Below, piece by piece: positions 1-12,552 of a DNA stretch of 64,000 nt. The stretch comes from Basidiobolus meristosporus CBS 931.73 (taxonomy: Eukaryota; Fungi; Basidiobolomycota): positions 1-64,000 of the forward strand of contig MCFE01000292.1 in the NCBI GenBank assembly GCA_002104905.1, read 5' to 3'. Under the pieces are notes generated by a model. It saw nothing but the letters and a program-made list of their open reading frames with translations. It was not told the origin of the DNA and made no database searches. The position numbers were made by a program, and so were the translations under genes. The stretch's first letter is position 1; the number at the start of each line of letters is the position of its first letter.

Positions 1-1401
1 AACTCGGTGCAATAAGTAATCGTTTCGGGATTTTAGATGTGACAGGAGTATAATTGCTGCTGCAAGAAGCATTGGGATCAACCAAGAAAGGCCCGCTATT
101 AAATTAAATTGTGGCTGATAAACGTAACCTGTGTAGATAATTGTAGCATTCTTGGCCTGTTGCAGTGTCGCCTCTCTTGTAAATTCACCAAGAGTCTCCT
201 GTAATAGCATATGTGCGGGTTTGTATCTTCCTAATGACTGAAACATATCATACTTAGACGTCGCTGCTTCTTTTACGAGATTTGTCGCATAAACAATCGG
301 ACCGTTTTCACACGTTGAATTGTTTCCGCAAGAAATCCAATTATTCAAAACGCCGATTTCTAGCTGCACCTTTTCTCGCATAAATGTAATGAGACCTTTT
401 ACACTCTTAGCAGAATAATTACTGTTTTGGTTGTACCATTCGACCTCTCCTTTGATGTTTGTGAATATTTCCCAGCGAGTGATGGAAGCATTGATGCTGC
501 ATGAATACTGAACACGGCACGATTTGGTCGTATTTACTTGCAACCGAAGATTGTCAATAGACTCCATAGTATATGGTGAGTTGTCGGCAATAGCCGAATG
601 TTGCCCGATGAACTCGAATACTGCTGGAAGTAAGCTACATTTCTGAACGGTTTCCTCTTGAACTATATCAAGCTTATCATCTCCAAATGAAACTGATGGT
701 GTGATGTCAGGAACTTCTTCTGTGGCTTCTGCTGTATATATCATGCAACTCTTTTGTAGAGGATGTACCTTCAACTTCCACCATCGCCAGTGTGCTTCCA
801 CAGGTTTGAGTTCGGCCAACGTCATTCGCAAAGGATGCTTTTTCAAGATATCATATCCAAGCAAAGGCTTTTCATTGTACACGATGTTATTCATGGAGGT
901 TAGTAGTGGGGCTCGTTGCTCAACTGATTTAAATAATGAATGTTCGCCTAAGTGGATTACTTGCGTTATTTGATAGGGAATATCTCCATATCGAACAATA
1001 TAGTGAGACCAAAGTAAACTTGTCAGTGGTAGTATGATCCCAATCAGAATTAGAGTACCAAACAAGGATGCGGTCGCTTTTTGTAATCCAAATCTATGTA
1101 TTCTCGCAAAGGATCCCAGTAACGTAAATACACCAGGAATATGTGTCATTGCAGTGGCAATTGCCCAATTATGTCCATAAAGCCGCGTTGTCTCCATTGT
1201 GCGGCGTCTGTTAATCCACCAGAGGCTCCATATAGCAGAACCAATTATTAATACGGATATAGAGCGAACACTAGTAAAAAATTGCAATACTAGCGTAGCC
1301 CATTTATCATCCAGAATGATTGACCCAAGCTGGGTTTCACATTGAGCTTCCATCAAGACATTTGCGACATCTGGGACTTTACAAGGAGTAAGGTGAACCA
1401 T
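1..1401 (-). CDS. Uncharacterised ~500 aa membrane protein family, paralogue M1 (3' end runs off the window)
   Basis: Absent from the ORF track because there is no stop in the window. Hand translation from the ATG at 1401 is open for 467 codons: MVHLTPCKVP..AQCE..WSLWW..YGHNWAIATAMTHIPG..YNEKPLL..WRWWK..KEAATSKY..SLG..ETLGEFTREA..C-terminal TM. These motifs match M2-M5. TATA-like TATAAATA lies about 33 bp upstream. Confidence 0.85.
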   Translation of the reverse strand, partial: MVHLTPCKVPDVANVLMEAQCETQLGSIILDDKWATLVLQFFTSVRSISVLIIGSAIWSLWWINRRRTMETTRLYGHNWAIATAMTHIPGVFTLLGSFARIHRFGLQKATASLFGTLILIGIILPLTSLLWSHYIVRYGDIPYQITQVIHLGEHSLFKSVEQRAPLLTSMNNIVYNEKPLLGYDILKKHPLRMTLAELKPVEAHWRWWKLKVHPLQKSCMIYTAEATEEVPDITPSVSFGDDKLDIVQEETVQKCSLLPAVFEFIGQHSAIADNSPYTMESIDNLRLQVNTTKSCRVQYSCSINASITRWEIFTNIKGEVEWYNQNSNYSAKSVKGLITFMREKVQLEIGVLNNWISCGNNSTCENGPIVYATNLVKEAATSKYDMFQSLGRYKPAHMLLQETLGEFTREATLQQAKNATIIYTGYVYQPQFNLIAGLSWLIPMLLAAAIILLSHLKSRNDYLLHRV

Positions 1402-1776
1402 TTTCAGCTGCCTTTTTGGTTGTTACTACGCTTATATTTATAGAACTTTATGTATACCAGGAATATATCGTTTGAGAACTTCTATGGCGGGGTATATTAG
1501 AGTAATACTGAATATCCTAATAGGGTACAATGATACACGGATAAATTGAATTGGTTCGTACTTGTAATCCTGTACTTAGCACATTTGCTGATTAATCTTT
1601 GTACACAAATCGGGATGTTTTATAATTATACCGCAAACTTGGCCATATAAAGAGAAAAGGGAAGCCATTACAAAAACGTTGGTGTAGCAACAAAACTATT
1701 ATTATTGAAGGTAACACTAATAGACACCGGGGGTAAAGGGGAGCAAGGTGCATCTTTAGATATGTATGAAGCTAGA

Positions 1777-3258
1777 CTATTCTTTATTATAAATGGTAGG
1801 CCATCTGTACAGTGCAAGCTCTGATTCACCTTGGGAAGGTGACTGGTAGGTGATAGCTGTTTTATCAATCAATTCCCAGGAATCTAGCATGTCTTTGACA
1901 GGCTTGTGGTGCCTCGATTTGAAGATCGAAATACCAATTGTAATTCCACTCAGGAGCATAGTTATTAGCCAGCACAAACCCATCACCCAGGAAACCATTA
2001 ATTTCCGAACGACCCCTTCAATTTTGAGCTCTACTTCTCCGAAATTCTTTGTAGCAGCCTCACGAAGAAGCTCATTAAATGTCTCAGCAAGGATTGTCGA
2101 GGGTGATCGATTTCTGCCTAGACTTCTGTATGCAAGGTACTTGGCACTTGCGGCTTGTTTCAAAATGTTGATGATTTTATACTTCCATTCTTGCTCATTC
2201 AGCCAAGAACGCATTTTTTCATCATCGATACCAATTGATTCTTGCCAATGATTTACAAACTCATTGAGATTGTTGAAGGTATTTGATGAAGAATCTATTA
2301 GCCACCCTATTTCATTGGTCGTGTTGGTGTAAATGTTGCCTTCGGTAACTCGGATTTCAATGCCACATGTGTAGCTAAGTGAGCACCGCTGACCAGTGAG
2401 GTTCGCCTCCTTGATACCAATAACGCTATCAAGCTTCAGTGGCGAATTATTGCTAATAAACTTATCATCAAAGAAAAAGTCAATTGAAGATCTTAAAATG
2501 GTGCACTCTCCTGTAAGAGTTTCTGAAACCCTCTCAGCATTATCCTCTCCAAAGCTAACGGTGAAGTTAGTCTTTGGTCTGACTGAGTGAACCACACCTT
2601 TGGCAATATTGCAGGAGCCCAATTTTGGTACAATCTCGGTGTACCACCATGCTGGCACCGGTTTGGGAGGAAAAATAGCGGCATTAGACATTCGTTTGGA
2701 ATGTTCCTTGAATATATCCCCAGATAGAAAAGGTTTTTCTGAATAGGACACTTCTCCAAAAGATGTCACTAATGCATTTCGATTTTTGATAGATGCCGTT
2801 ATATTCGATTCAATCTTTTTACTCCATCTGTAATGATATGAAACCTCAGTTTCGCCCTGGATGTAAACCCCGGAGGTAAAGCCCAGCAGTGGTAGTGCTA
2901 CTCCTGTTGCAAAGACCCAGAGAATTAACGAGAGAGAAGGCACTTTATATTTGTACATCTTCCAAAGTGAGCTGGTAGCAGTGATAATTCCTGGCATATG
3001 AGTCATTGCAGTTCCAACGACCCAGGAATTTCCATGCAGCTGTTTGACTGGACTATTCGCGTACCGACGCCACCACCATATGCTCCAAATCGCCTGCGTA
3101 GCCAACATTACCATTAACGGCCGAATTAAGGAGACCAGGTTTGAAGCAATTGAGGCCCATGCTACATCCATTGTCACCATACCAAAAGGTACCTCACATT
3201 GGGCCTGAATTGTGCCTTCGCCCGCACCAGGAACATTGCATGATGTATAATATACCAT
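1777..3258 (-). CDS. Uncharacterised membrane protein, paralogue M2 (493 aa; 2 N-terminal TM, large loop, 1 C-terminal TM)
   Basis: Intact ORF with the family motifs AQCEVPFG, WSIWWW, HGNSWVVGTAMTHMPG, YSEKPFL, KQAASAKY, ETFNELLREA, DSW and LYRWP. Confidence 0.85.
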   Translation of the reverse strand: MVYYTSCNVPGAGEGTIQAQCEVPFGMVTMDVAWASIASNLVSLIRPLMVMLATQAIWSIWWWRRYANSPVKQLHGNSWVVGTAMTHMPGIITATSSLWKMYKYKVPSLSLILWVFATGVALPLLGFTSGVYIQGETEVSYHYRWSKKIESNITASIKNRNALVTSFGEVSYSEKPFLSGDIFKEHSKRMSNAAIFPPKPVPAWWYTEIVPKLGSCNIAKGVVHSVRPKTNFTVSFGEDNAERVSETLTGECTILRSSIDFFFDDKFISNNSPLKLDSVIGIKEANLTGQRCSLSYTCGIEIRVTEGNIYTNTTNEIGWLIDSSSNTFNNLNEFVNHWQESIGIDDEKMRSWLNEQEWKYKIINILKQAASAKYLAYRSLGRNRSPSTILAETFNELLREAATKNFGEVELKIEGVVRKLMVSWVMGLCWLITMLLSGITIGISIFKSRHHKPVKDMLDSWELIDKTAITYQSPSQGESELALYRWPTIYNKE

Positions 3259-4169
3259 ATTAGTAGGTTTGAAGTTCGCTCATTGAGAAGATCTGCCATT
3301 TATATACAAATGTTGTTACCTCACACTGGAAAATATAATTCACCCTCAGCTTCCTAAGCCATTGAGACTGGAACTGAACTTGCATCGACAACCGGAATCA
3401 AATGTCATTTTATCATTTACACGATGTGGTGCACGAGTATTTCCTAACAAGTTCGATATACTCCTACCTTAGTGGCACATTTTTATCCAGTTTAGGATAT
3501 ATCGGGCGAAAAGTGCAATTACACAGCTGCCCTAATCCGAAACGGCTACCAATTGAACCGCACTATAAATAATTTGAATTTAAAGTTGCACAACCATCGA
3601 TTACTTCCAGGTTCCTCTAGGATTGACAGCAGGTATGCCGAAACTAGTATAGTAGCTAATCTCGAGATAAATGAACTGTAAGATATTTCTAAATCTTCGT
3701 TAATTTTGAGAAACAGCTCTTGGATAAATTAGCTTGATCAGTACCTCTTGTAGTCTTTCCTCCAATACCTTGGAGATATAATCATTGCTATCAATAGGGA
3801 TCTAATAATCTTTTCTACATTATAGGTAGTTACCTTTAGTTTGTCACTGGTTCAATTCCAGCAAGAGATGCCCCGGTATTGTGATAGTTACCTTGATAGA
3901 GAAAAGATATTAACGTACCTCAAACAAGCAATTGCAATAGCAGTTGTCGCACCCTATATCCACTTAGTATTACTTCAGTGTCTAACAATTCGATCTGGTT
4001 GACTGGAGTTTATGATTTCGAGGTGGCACATATAGGGGAAAGTCAAGAGCAGCAGCATTTACGATAATACCTATGGCTCCATGTAATATACTTGCATTAC
4101 ACTGTGAGATACTTTAAACATGCATCATTTCTTCACCTAATCCAGCCTCGGTAGAATATAACTTTCATA

Positions 4170-4400
4170 TTACGTGGTTGCTTCCCAGGCACAAGAGAGG
4201 CTAGTACTTAATGAGATGTTTTTTATTGGCTCAATCACCTCAGTATTTCGGGTACCAGGCTTGGCCAATATTTCGAGTTGGTCATATATCACGGAGCCTT
4301 CCGACGCTATTGTATTTAGCCTAGCATTCAAGCAATCATCCGCTTTGGGATGAGATTGTATTATGAAAAACGGCTACCTACCTTGATAGACTTGGGGCTT
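4170..4400 (+). repeat. Dispersed degenerate coding-like repeat (LLPRHKR relic), copy 1
   Basis: cttcccaggcacaagagagg..aagcaatcatccgctttgg..ctaccttgatag is shared with 7150-7385 and partly with 9915-10065. This copy has stops in the shared frame. Confidence 0.7.
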
Positions 4401-5689
4401 AAACCAAGTATTTTTACTTTACGAATAAGACGAATATACTCTAAATACTGTTTATTGCATTGTGCAACCACAATAATCCACTAGTTGGAATTCCACTAAG
4501 CTTAATTTCCTCGATTTGTTATACTGATCAGACTGTGACTTCAAGTGCGAGTATAAATGTGTAGAAATCAAGTAGCTGAACTAGATAACGGATCTGAGCC
4601 TCCTTAGTCCGGTTGTGGCTGTGAATGCAGTTAGTTAGTATGCATACTAATGGGCAGGTAGCATCGTGGTCCACATATTATCGAGATTGCGAATCACGAA
4701 CTTCAGGTATCAGGATCTAGATCTGGATATCTTACACGTGTTGCCCATTTCGGTAGACTCTGCAACCGCAAACCAAACAGTTGTACCAAGGATACTAGCT
4801 CCATTTTTGTAACAAAAAACGAAACTGTTGATATATCGGGATGTAGTCAAGCGTCAACTGCCCTATCATAACATACGGTTGAAGGTGAAAACGCCTTTTT
4901 AGGTGTTGTACCTGGATATCCTCACAGCCTAATGCTTGTTAACTCTGCTTGAATTGAAGGGCAATGATCATATGGGAATTTTTAAGAGGGATGAAGGGCT
5001 CAATTTTACCGGAAAAAACTCATCAGGTATGTCCCGGCGTATATGACATTAACTGCTGATAGTGTTATTCTTTCCAAATATAATATACACTGGGTATTAC
5101 TGAATATTGCCATTCTTAGCCTTGGGTATGGCAATTTAATTCATGTGAAAGCACTATATCCGTAGGTTCAGAATGACTATAACATTACTAAGGTTTTTCG
5201 AAATCATATGTTGATTCGGTGCAATCTTCCGCAAATCGAACAACTATTTTTAGTATACAGCTCTTCTAGCTGAACCAATTTAAATTGTGTGAAACTCAGT
5301 AGATTTTGCATTCGAGGCCGGAACGGTATTTATAAACTGCCCAAGCTTTGGATGCGAGTTATTGTTTCATCATTATAAAGTAATACGTTGAACACAATCG
5401 CTAGCACCAATCGTTTCAAAAGTCATCGGTGGTTTCTAAATGCCATCCACATTTATGAATGCGTGCCACGCCCTACTTTTTACTTTCTTATATTGGCTAG
5501 GTAATATGGGGTATTGAGGAATAATACTAGATCACCGAGTGGACTAAAAATCTTTTAAATTTTATTACGAATCAATTCCTTGCCAGATACTTTTTATACA
5601 ATTATAGGTCCAACATCAAGTCAAATATTTGGGATTATGGTAGTCAGGTGTTAACAAGTATATTCGAAATGACTCATCCACTAGTATAC

Positions 5690-5696
5690 TATAAAT
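5690..5696 (+). promoter_or_regulatory. TATA box of S1
   Basis: TATAAAT 43 bp upstream of the ATG at 5739. Equivalent boxes precede S3 (23374), M3 (12503), P3, P6 and P7. Confidence 0.5.
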
Positions 5697-5738
5697 TGCT
5701 CTTGTCACAGCTCATTAAACCATACTCAAGGTATCAAG

Positions 5739-6697
5739 ATGGTCAAGCTTCTAGTAATAGCTCTGACGTGGTACATTGGCATTGCTCAAGCACTTAATTA
5801 CGATGAAGTTTATATGCTGCAAGACTCCGACTTATATCTTTCCCCAGACCTGTCAAGCAAAAGTCATCTTAGAATAAGTAGGGGAGCTGCTGTAAAAGTT
5901 GTGTGCCAAGTGCCGGATGCTAAACCAAGTGCCGGAAAGAAGCCAAAGTAGGTGCCTTTACATCCAAGATACCTGGACTTATATTAACACCGAAATTTAG
6001 TGTATGGAGTAAGGTTCAATATGGAGAGCTCCGTGGCTTTATACCCTATGTACGGATGGAGCATATCGAAAGCTGGCTGCCAGGGGCTCCCCAATGTAAA
6101 TGTCGGGAACCTCCCAGCGTACTCTGCGTGGACGATCGAAAGATTACACACATGGAAGCTTTGGAGTCCTTAAAGACCCATAATATTTCAATTAGTTGCA
6201 GTGAAGATACAGGATGCCCTTCACTTGAAAATATCCGTTACGAAACTCTTAACGGGTTTATTAATTTTATTGCGGCTAGCCCATGCAAAGGTGTTCAGCT
6301 TATTGGAGGGACAGAGTTGCAAGATCCCATACAAAACTTCTCCCATCATTATTCACATCAAAATGGCTTCCGTGTGGACTTCACATCAAGCCCTTGTATT
6401 GATGCATTCATCCATAATCAATTCCTTGACATTGGTTACCGAGCTTATGGAAGTCCAGATCAGCTGTACGTCGCATGTAGCGGGAATACGGTGGCATGGA
6501 AGCAAGACTATTGGGAGATGAGTGCCTACGTTAATGGTGGAAGTAAAATTGTAGCAGAAAACTCAAATTGCACTGCAAGTTCCTCAGGGGAATATCAAGC
6601 ACCAATTCAACAGGTTACAGGGACCGCCAACATTGAGGAGCATCGTCCAATTTATCTGTTCCTAAGCATAATCATGTTTTTGGGTTGGAACATATAA
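5739..6697 (+). CDS. Secreted SH3b-like + M15/DD-peptidase-like protein with GPI-like tail, S1 (301 aa, 2 exons)
   Basis: Exon 1 5739-5947, intron 5948-6000 (GTAGGT..TTTAG), exon 2 6001-6697; the splice is in frame. Signal peptide, then VKVVCQ..VWSKVQYGELRGFI..WLPGAPQC (SH3b-like), then CPSLENIR..GGTE..SHQNGFRVD (HxxxxxxD), then a hydrophobic C-terminus. Confidence 0.8.
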
Positions 6698-7149
6698 TTG
6701 GTTCAATATCATCAAACAAAACGTAAAAAGCAACAGCTTAGGAGTTATCGACTAGTAGATGGTTCATAAATTCTCCCCTTTGTATACATGAGGACCATTA
6801 GGTATAGGGCTCAAATGAAATCATATTTAGATTGATTACTCCTGATAGATGTTCTTTATATAAATCCCATATGCCATAGTGCAAGGAACTTGAAATCACC
6901 AAAGCAAATACTAGTTTCTGAATTCGATTAATATGTCTACAGAACGGAACAGAATTCTCTAGAATTGCCTCATTAATTAACTTAGTTCTAGCCTATGATT
7001 TTCAAATATTGTATTGCCCAAAACCCGGAGAACCCGGGCTTTGACCATATTGCAGAAGCTCAATTTTCGTAGTCTCTACGTATCAGAACTCTACTATATT
7101 TTTTGGTCGCCCATATCAGTACAGCTAGGATCTGGTTTTCACACGGTGC

Positions 7150-7385
7150 GGTTACTTCCCAGGCACAAGAGAGCTTGGTACTTTATGAGAGACCATGTAT
7201 TGGCATATTCACCCCTAGAGCTTCGGATGTCGAGCTCGGATAATATTTGGAGTCGATCATATCTCATGGTGCCTACCGATACTCTTTATTCAACCATTTG
7301 TTCAAGCAATCATCCGCTTTGGAACAAACAGTATATTGTGCACAACACTTCACGGAAGGGTACAACCTACCTTGATAGGCTCATA
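7150..7385 (+). repeat. Dispersed degenerate coding-like repeat (LLPRHKR relic), copy 2
   Basis: Lies within ORF 7014-7403: RLLPRHKRAWYFMRDHVLAYSP..SSNHPLW..TYLDRL. Homologous to 4170-4400. Confidence 0.7.
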
Positions 7386-8682
7386 TCAAGTATTCTGGCT
7401 TGACAAATTGGTCCAGTGCAATTAAGAATACTGCTTAAGGTCATGGGTTGGGACTCCGTGTGTAACTGCATGAGAGTTCATTAGGTTTAGTCATAATTAT
7501 TTGAAATACAGACCGGACTGTAGAACAATCATTAATTTACTATAGGAAACCCGCTAAATTGAATTTGCTCTATATGCTATACAGAGTAAAGTGTTACCTT
7601 AGGCGAGATTAACAATGAAGAGGAGTCATATAGCGGAACTAGAACCGTGCCTTCTTAATCCGGTTGTGACTGTGAAAGTGGATTTTTGCAATGTAGGAAT
7701 GGTATAGTGTAACTGGACGAAGATCCGAGACTTCTTAATCCAGTAATAACTGTGAACGTGATTTGCCATTAAGCATATTACCCAACGTTCGTTCCAATAT
7801 TATCAAGGCGAATTTTTGGTATCTCGATCTGGTTCTGAAAATTACGCTACGAGCATTTATTTTGGAGAATTCTTCAACGGTATATCATCTTTGAAAAAGG
7901 GGTAATATTCTGTCGCTTGAGGAGAGCTCCGAAGGATGCGACCGGAGGAAGTGAAGTAACCACCCTGGGGATATGAGAAAATGTCATTGGAATGGTTCGC
8001 GGTGTAATAAGCTCAATAATCATAAAATAAGATGGCACAACTAAATAGATATATATTTTCTTATCAGCGAAGATAAATAGAAATTTATGCGCTTATGCTC
8101 TGAGATGACTCATATTGCCAATACGTTTGAGAGTATGATCACCTATAACACTATAATTATCATTTTAGATTTCACTAAGCCACTGTGTAATGGGTATATT
8201 TATCGTGCGTAGATAATACTCGAGCTCTAATAGATGTCGGTAAGGTTGGCATATACTGCAATACGAAGTAATGCAAAAAACCCCAAGCCAAGAATATACA
8301 TTACTGTTTCAGTCATGAGATAATAAAATCTAAATGAACATACCAAGTAGGTTGGTAATTAGTGATACCTTTAGGTGGTTCAAACATGGTCACAAGAATA
8401 CGTCAAGGTGTAAACATGTTAGTTCTATTTCTGTAGCAATGCCAAACTAGATATTCCTAATATCTCCTGATAATATCATAGATCCGGAACATGAGCAAGG
8501 CCACAACGGCAGTTCTTCTGAAGGAGGCATGGTACACCAGTTTGATTTGTCGCAAACTACATATCTCAAAAGGAAAATAAAATCCACTTGCTATAGAGCT
8601 TGTCAGGAAATAACTGAGCATATATATATATATATATAGTTTACCTGTCATTCATACTACCATCAGATACTCTATTATCAGG

Positions 8683-9281
8683 ATGTCCAAGGCTGGGATT
8701 TTCAAAGACAACAACCGCTCATCCACCGTAATCATTTGTGACATTGCCACCGTGAATGCGACCACAATGCCAAAGTTAGGGGAACCATGGTTTACTCCAA
8801 GTATTCCAATGGGGGCTTTGGAATTTCTATATCTGTAATTGGGCCTTTGTCTTCATTTTCAGTGCCTAAAAACACCACCATTCAGCGGGCTGTAGGAGGA
8901 TACAGTATGCACCTTGAGTCTAATGACACCTCTGAAGTTTCCATGTTCAAGCTCTAGGATGGTGAACAAACATCAGGGATTTCTAATGTGTTTATGGGTG
9001 AATTTTCGCATCGCTCCGCCATTAAATACAGAAGAGAAGACAAAAAGGTCGTGATGGCAAGCTTCTATTGCTCATCCTTCATGGTGGTTCGCAATGTGAT
9101 GAAGTATGCCTACATGTGCGACATTGCTATCATGTTAGATGGTAGCGGTTCTTCTCAGATATTGGGAGTTGACCCATCCATGGTATCGAGTAGCAATCGA
9201 AAAGGTACATACTATGGGAGCTACTCTAATGAAAGTCGTGCAATATACTCCATGGTTACCGTCAACAGTAACTCATGTTAA
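8683..9281 (+). pseudogene. Phosphodiester glycosidase family pseudogene P1 (decayed paralogue of P8)
   Basis: Starts ATGTCCAAGGCTGGGATTTTCAAAGAC like P8 at 37448. A deletion of roughly 130 bp removes the GINGGFF motif, and there is a TAG at 8955-8957. The 3' part retains SHRSAI, DIAIMLDGSGSSQ and IYSMVTV. Confidence 0.85.
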
Positions 9282-9914
9282 CAGAGTGGTCATTCCCATA
9301 TCCAAGGCAAGATATAAGCTACAAAAATAGATTTAAATCATTGCTATAAATACACATTAACTATTCTGCTTTTAACTAGTATTCCTTCGTATAACAGTTG
9401 CGCGGTTATTTTGTAACTCCGTGCTTAATGTATTCCGCTTCTCCTGTATATTCTCTATACATTGCCTACCTCGCAGGCCTGGGAACTTGGAATCTGTTCA
9501 ATAAGGGTCGTGGGGCATTGTAGTGGCGATATCTGATTGGAATGTGATATTCCTGGACTATATGAATCACAATAAGGGTCAAGCATGAGGTGCCCTATCA
9601 TGATATATGATTGAGGGTGAAACTGTTGTTTTAGGTGTTGTAACTGGACATCCTCAGTCCAATCGCTAATTAACTTTACATAGATTTATGAGCTCCATTC
9701 AGTATTATGATCAAACATTGGCTCAATAGACTATATTTGAAATATTGTATTTCAAGTGAATTTAATATCACGAAGCACATAGAATTTTGTATTTACAATT
9801 GTAGCATTTTGGTGTATTCCGGTTTTAAAAGCGCTATGAGAAAAGTGCAATCATATGATGAGATACTTAAAGTGTGCACCTAATTGAACGTCGCTAGAAC
9901 CCAGCTTTAATTTG

Positions 9915-10065
9915 ATATGGTTACTTTCCAAGCACAAGAGAGGTTGGCGCTTATTGAGAGGTCATTTATTGGCCCATTCACCTCAGTATTTCATATGTCA
10001 AGCTCGGTCAATATTTCAAGCTAACCCTATTTCATGGAGCCTTCCGATACCACTGTATGTAGCTA
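9915..10065 (+). repeat. Dispersed degenerate coding-like repeat (LLPRHKR relic), copy 3
   Basis: Translates WLLSKHKRGWRLLRGHLLAHSPQYF and aligns with copies 1 and 2. Confidence 0.65.
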
Positions 10066-10174
10066 TTTACTCTATATATATTAACGTTTGACAACAACAT
10101 CCGAATGTTCTGTAGATATATGCTGACAATCACATTAAATAGAGCTCCGGGCATTGAGTAAGCATCAAGAAGAG

Positions 10175-10942
10175 ATGTCTACCAAAAATGATCTCAATGA
10201 AGCAAGAGTCAACAAGTTCACTTTTAGTGGTCTTAAAGTAACTGCTATTGTTACAAGTATCGAAGCAGTAGATATCACCAATGTTGGACCCACTACCGTC
10301 GGAAAAAGTAACTTCTGTGGATCAAACGGCTGCTATTTTAATTATTCTACTGGAAACTTGGTAGCGATTGCTTGTACTTCTGGAGGGAAAGCTGTCCGTA
10401 GTGGTGGTGAAGAGCATGCTAACAAATACAAGCGAGGGACCATGATTTGCCGCAAACTAGCCAATGGAGAACTGACCATCTCGGTCTCAGCTATAAATAA
10501 GCTATCTGAATTAGCAATACCTCTCGGTGAGATAAGGTGGGCCATTGGTGGACTCGGGCTTCATTTGGACTCAACTATGACCAATGAAAATTGGATGGAC
10601 CATATTGTACGTACGGAGCATGCAAAGAGCGTTGGCCGAATATATCCTGAGGGCAAGGCAGCTAGAACAGCTATTGGATATAGGAGAGCTGATAACAAAA
10701 TTGTCTTGACCAGCATTGAATCAGCTACGCCCTCGATGGTTCGAGACCTGATGAAGTCATATATTGGATGTGACCTTGGCGTGATGCTTGATGGAGGAGC
10801 TTCATCCCAAATCAAAGGTAAAACTCCAGGGGGTGTTGTTGAACTTGCGGACTATGAGAACCAGGGCAAAGATCAGCATATTTATTCCATGGTTACAGTT
10901 AGCCCTTCCCGTTGGATATCTAATCCTCAAATGCGTAGATAG
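10175..10942 (+). CDS. Phosphodiester glycosidase (NAGPA/DUF2233-like) P2, 255 aa, no signal peptide
   Basis: Motifs GSNGCYF, RGTM, WAIGG, ARTAIG, VMLDGGASSQ and IYSMVTV. The first ATG is at 10175; the ORF track start is a TTG. Confidence 0.8.
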   Translation: MSTKNDLNEARVNKFTFSGLKVTAIVTSIEAVDITNVGPTTVGKSNFCGSNGCYFNYSTGNLVAIACTSGGKAVRSGGEEHANKYKRGTMICRKLANGELTISVSAINKLSELAIPLGEIRWAIGGLGLHLDSTMTNENWMDHIVRTEHAKSVGRIYPEGKAARTAIGYRRADNKIVLTSIESATPSMVRDLMKSYIGCDLGVMLDGGASSQIKGKTPGGVVELADYENQGKDQHIYSMVTVSPSRWISNPQMRR

Positions 10943-11785
10943 CGCAATGCATCATCTCTAGCAGAAGCAGCCATACTAGTTACCAGTACGTTATGAATAT
11001 CTGTAGCTAGAGCTATAATGCTCTAGTTAAGAGATTTAGAAATAAATACATGAATTCGATGAGAAATTTGAAAATCATCATTAAACATCTAGGCTTACGG
11101 CGCCTGTCCTGATTTCTATAGAGCTTGTTCGTAGCGGTAATAAGGGCTGATTGGTAATCCAGATGCGTACCAAGTAGAGTTAGAGTTAGCACGAAGTATA
11201 CCAAGGTATTAGTAATCATGACTGCACCAGTCAAACATGAACCAACTTGCTATCTTATACGTTAAAACCTATCTAGAGTATATAGTATTTCTCTGCTCTG
11301 TATGATCCTTAGGATATTTAATAGAAGGCTCAAAATGATATATACCTTACAGATACTCTAAACTCAACGAACCAAATTATGTCTAGTATGGCTGAAATTT
11401 AAAACCAGTTATCAACAATCGTGAGTAGCCATGTAGGAAAGCCAATATTCTCTCGCTAAAATTAGCCATTCCCGGTTAGCACTTGAGAGTAGAGGACTGA
11501 TCAGGATTTCCGAGATTTTAGTACCAGTATTTCGCTAATTCAAGTATCAATATTATCTGGCATAATCCAAGATTTGGAATCTAGGTTCCGGTTTCCATTG
11601 CGCAACTTTCTATGTAGATGACTTGAATTATCTTGTCAACGTAATATTCTCACACATGATTACAGTGCACCTAAGGGCATCTAAAATAAATATGTATACT
11701 GGTGCTGTTAAAAATCAGTTTTTTGAGCTTTATAAATGCTAAAAAGTGTTAAACGCCCCTACCTAACACCAGTTCCAGTATCAAG

Positions 11786-12052
11786 ATGCTCTGTTGTTTG
11801 TGGCTCTATCTTATTATATACGCTTATGCGGTGCTAGCTCTAGATGCTTACGACGGGATTCGTATGAAGCAAGATTCGGATTTGTTTCAGGAACCCAACC
11901 TGGTAAGTGTAAGCAACGTGAGAATTCCAAATGGAACATTGGGCAAAGCGAGCTTTGCGCACTACGCAAACGATAGCACTCCTATAGGGCGTAGGTATGT
12001 AATCAGAAATTTTGTACATATGAACTATTTTAACACAAACCCAGTATTTTGA
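11786..12052 (+). pseudogene. Truncated SH3b-M15 gene S2 (exon 1 only)
   Basis: Close paralogue of S3 exon 1 with an in-frame deletion of SIVRVLCQ that removes the conserved Cys. The donor GGTATGT is retained, but no exon 2 sequence follows before M3. Confidence 0.8.
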
Positions 12053-12552
12053 AAATAAAAGTTTTATGTATAGTTGTAAGCTTGATCTAGTAGGTATATG
12101 TGTTTCTTTATAACTTCCTATTGCAGAAGACAGCTATATTTACACGGTAATTTCAGATAGGGTCATCGTTGCATCTCACTTTCAACTGAACGCATGGGAT
12201 TTATAATCCTTTTTTACTAGTCTAATATTTCATATTCAGGGAGTGTAACCAGGTTGGTATAGGGCGTTATTTGTATCTTTCTATTTCAAGATACAGGTAT
12301 ATATCCCGGTATTATATCAAGCAAGGATACTTTTGAGAAAGGAAGGGCGAACTAGTGATCTATTTTTCTAATATCCAGGCAATATGTTTCTTGGTGCTTT
12401 ATGGCAATAAATGTTGAGTTTATTGAAAAATTATATTTCAAATTTTAATCTATTAGCACGTGAGACCCACCGCTATTGAACATCTAGGCTATATTCGATG
12501 AATTATAAAAAATAAGATGTCAGTCCTCAAAATCATTCCCTTCTGGACTCCA

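Noticed and set aside
701-973. Plus-strand 90 aa ORF and the many other 60-130 aa ORFs overlapping real genes
   Set aside because: They are antisense or alternate-frame shadows of M, P, S, D and AAA genes. They recur only because the host genes are duplicated.
8620-8638. (TA)n microsatellite upstream of P1
   Set aside because: An ordinary short microsatellite in AT-rich DNA.
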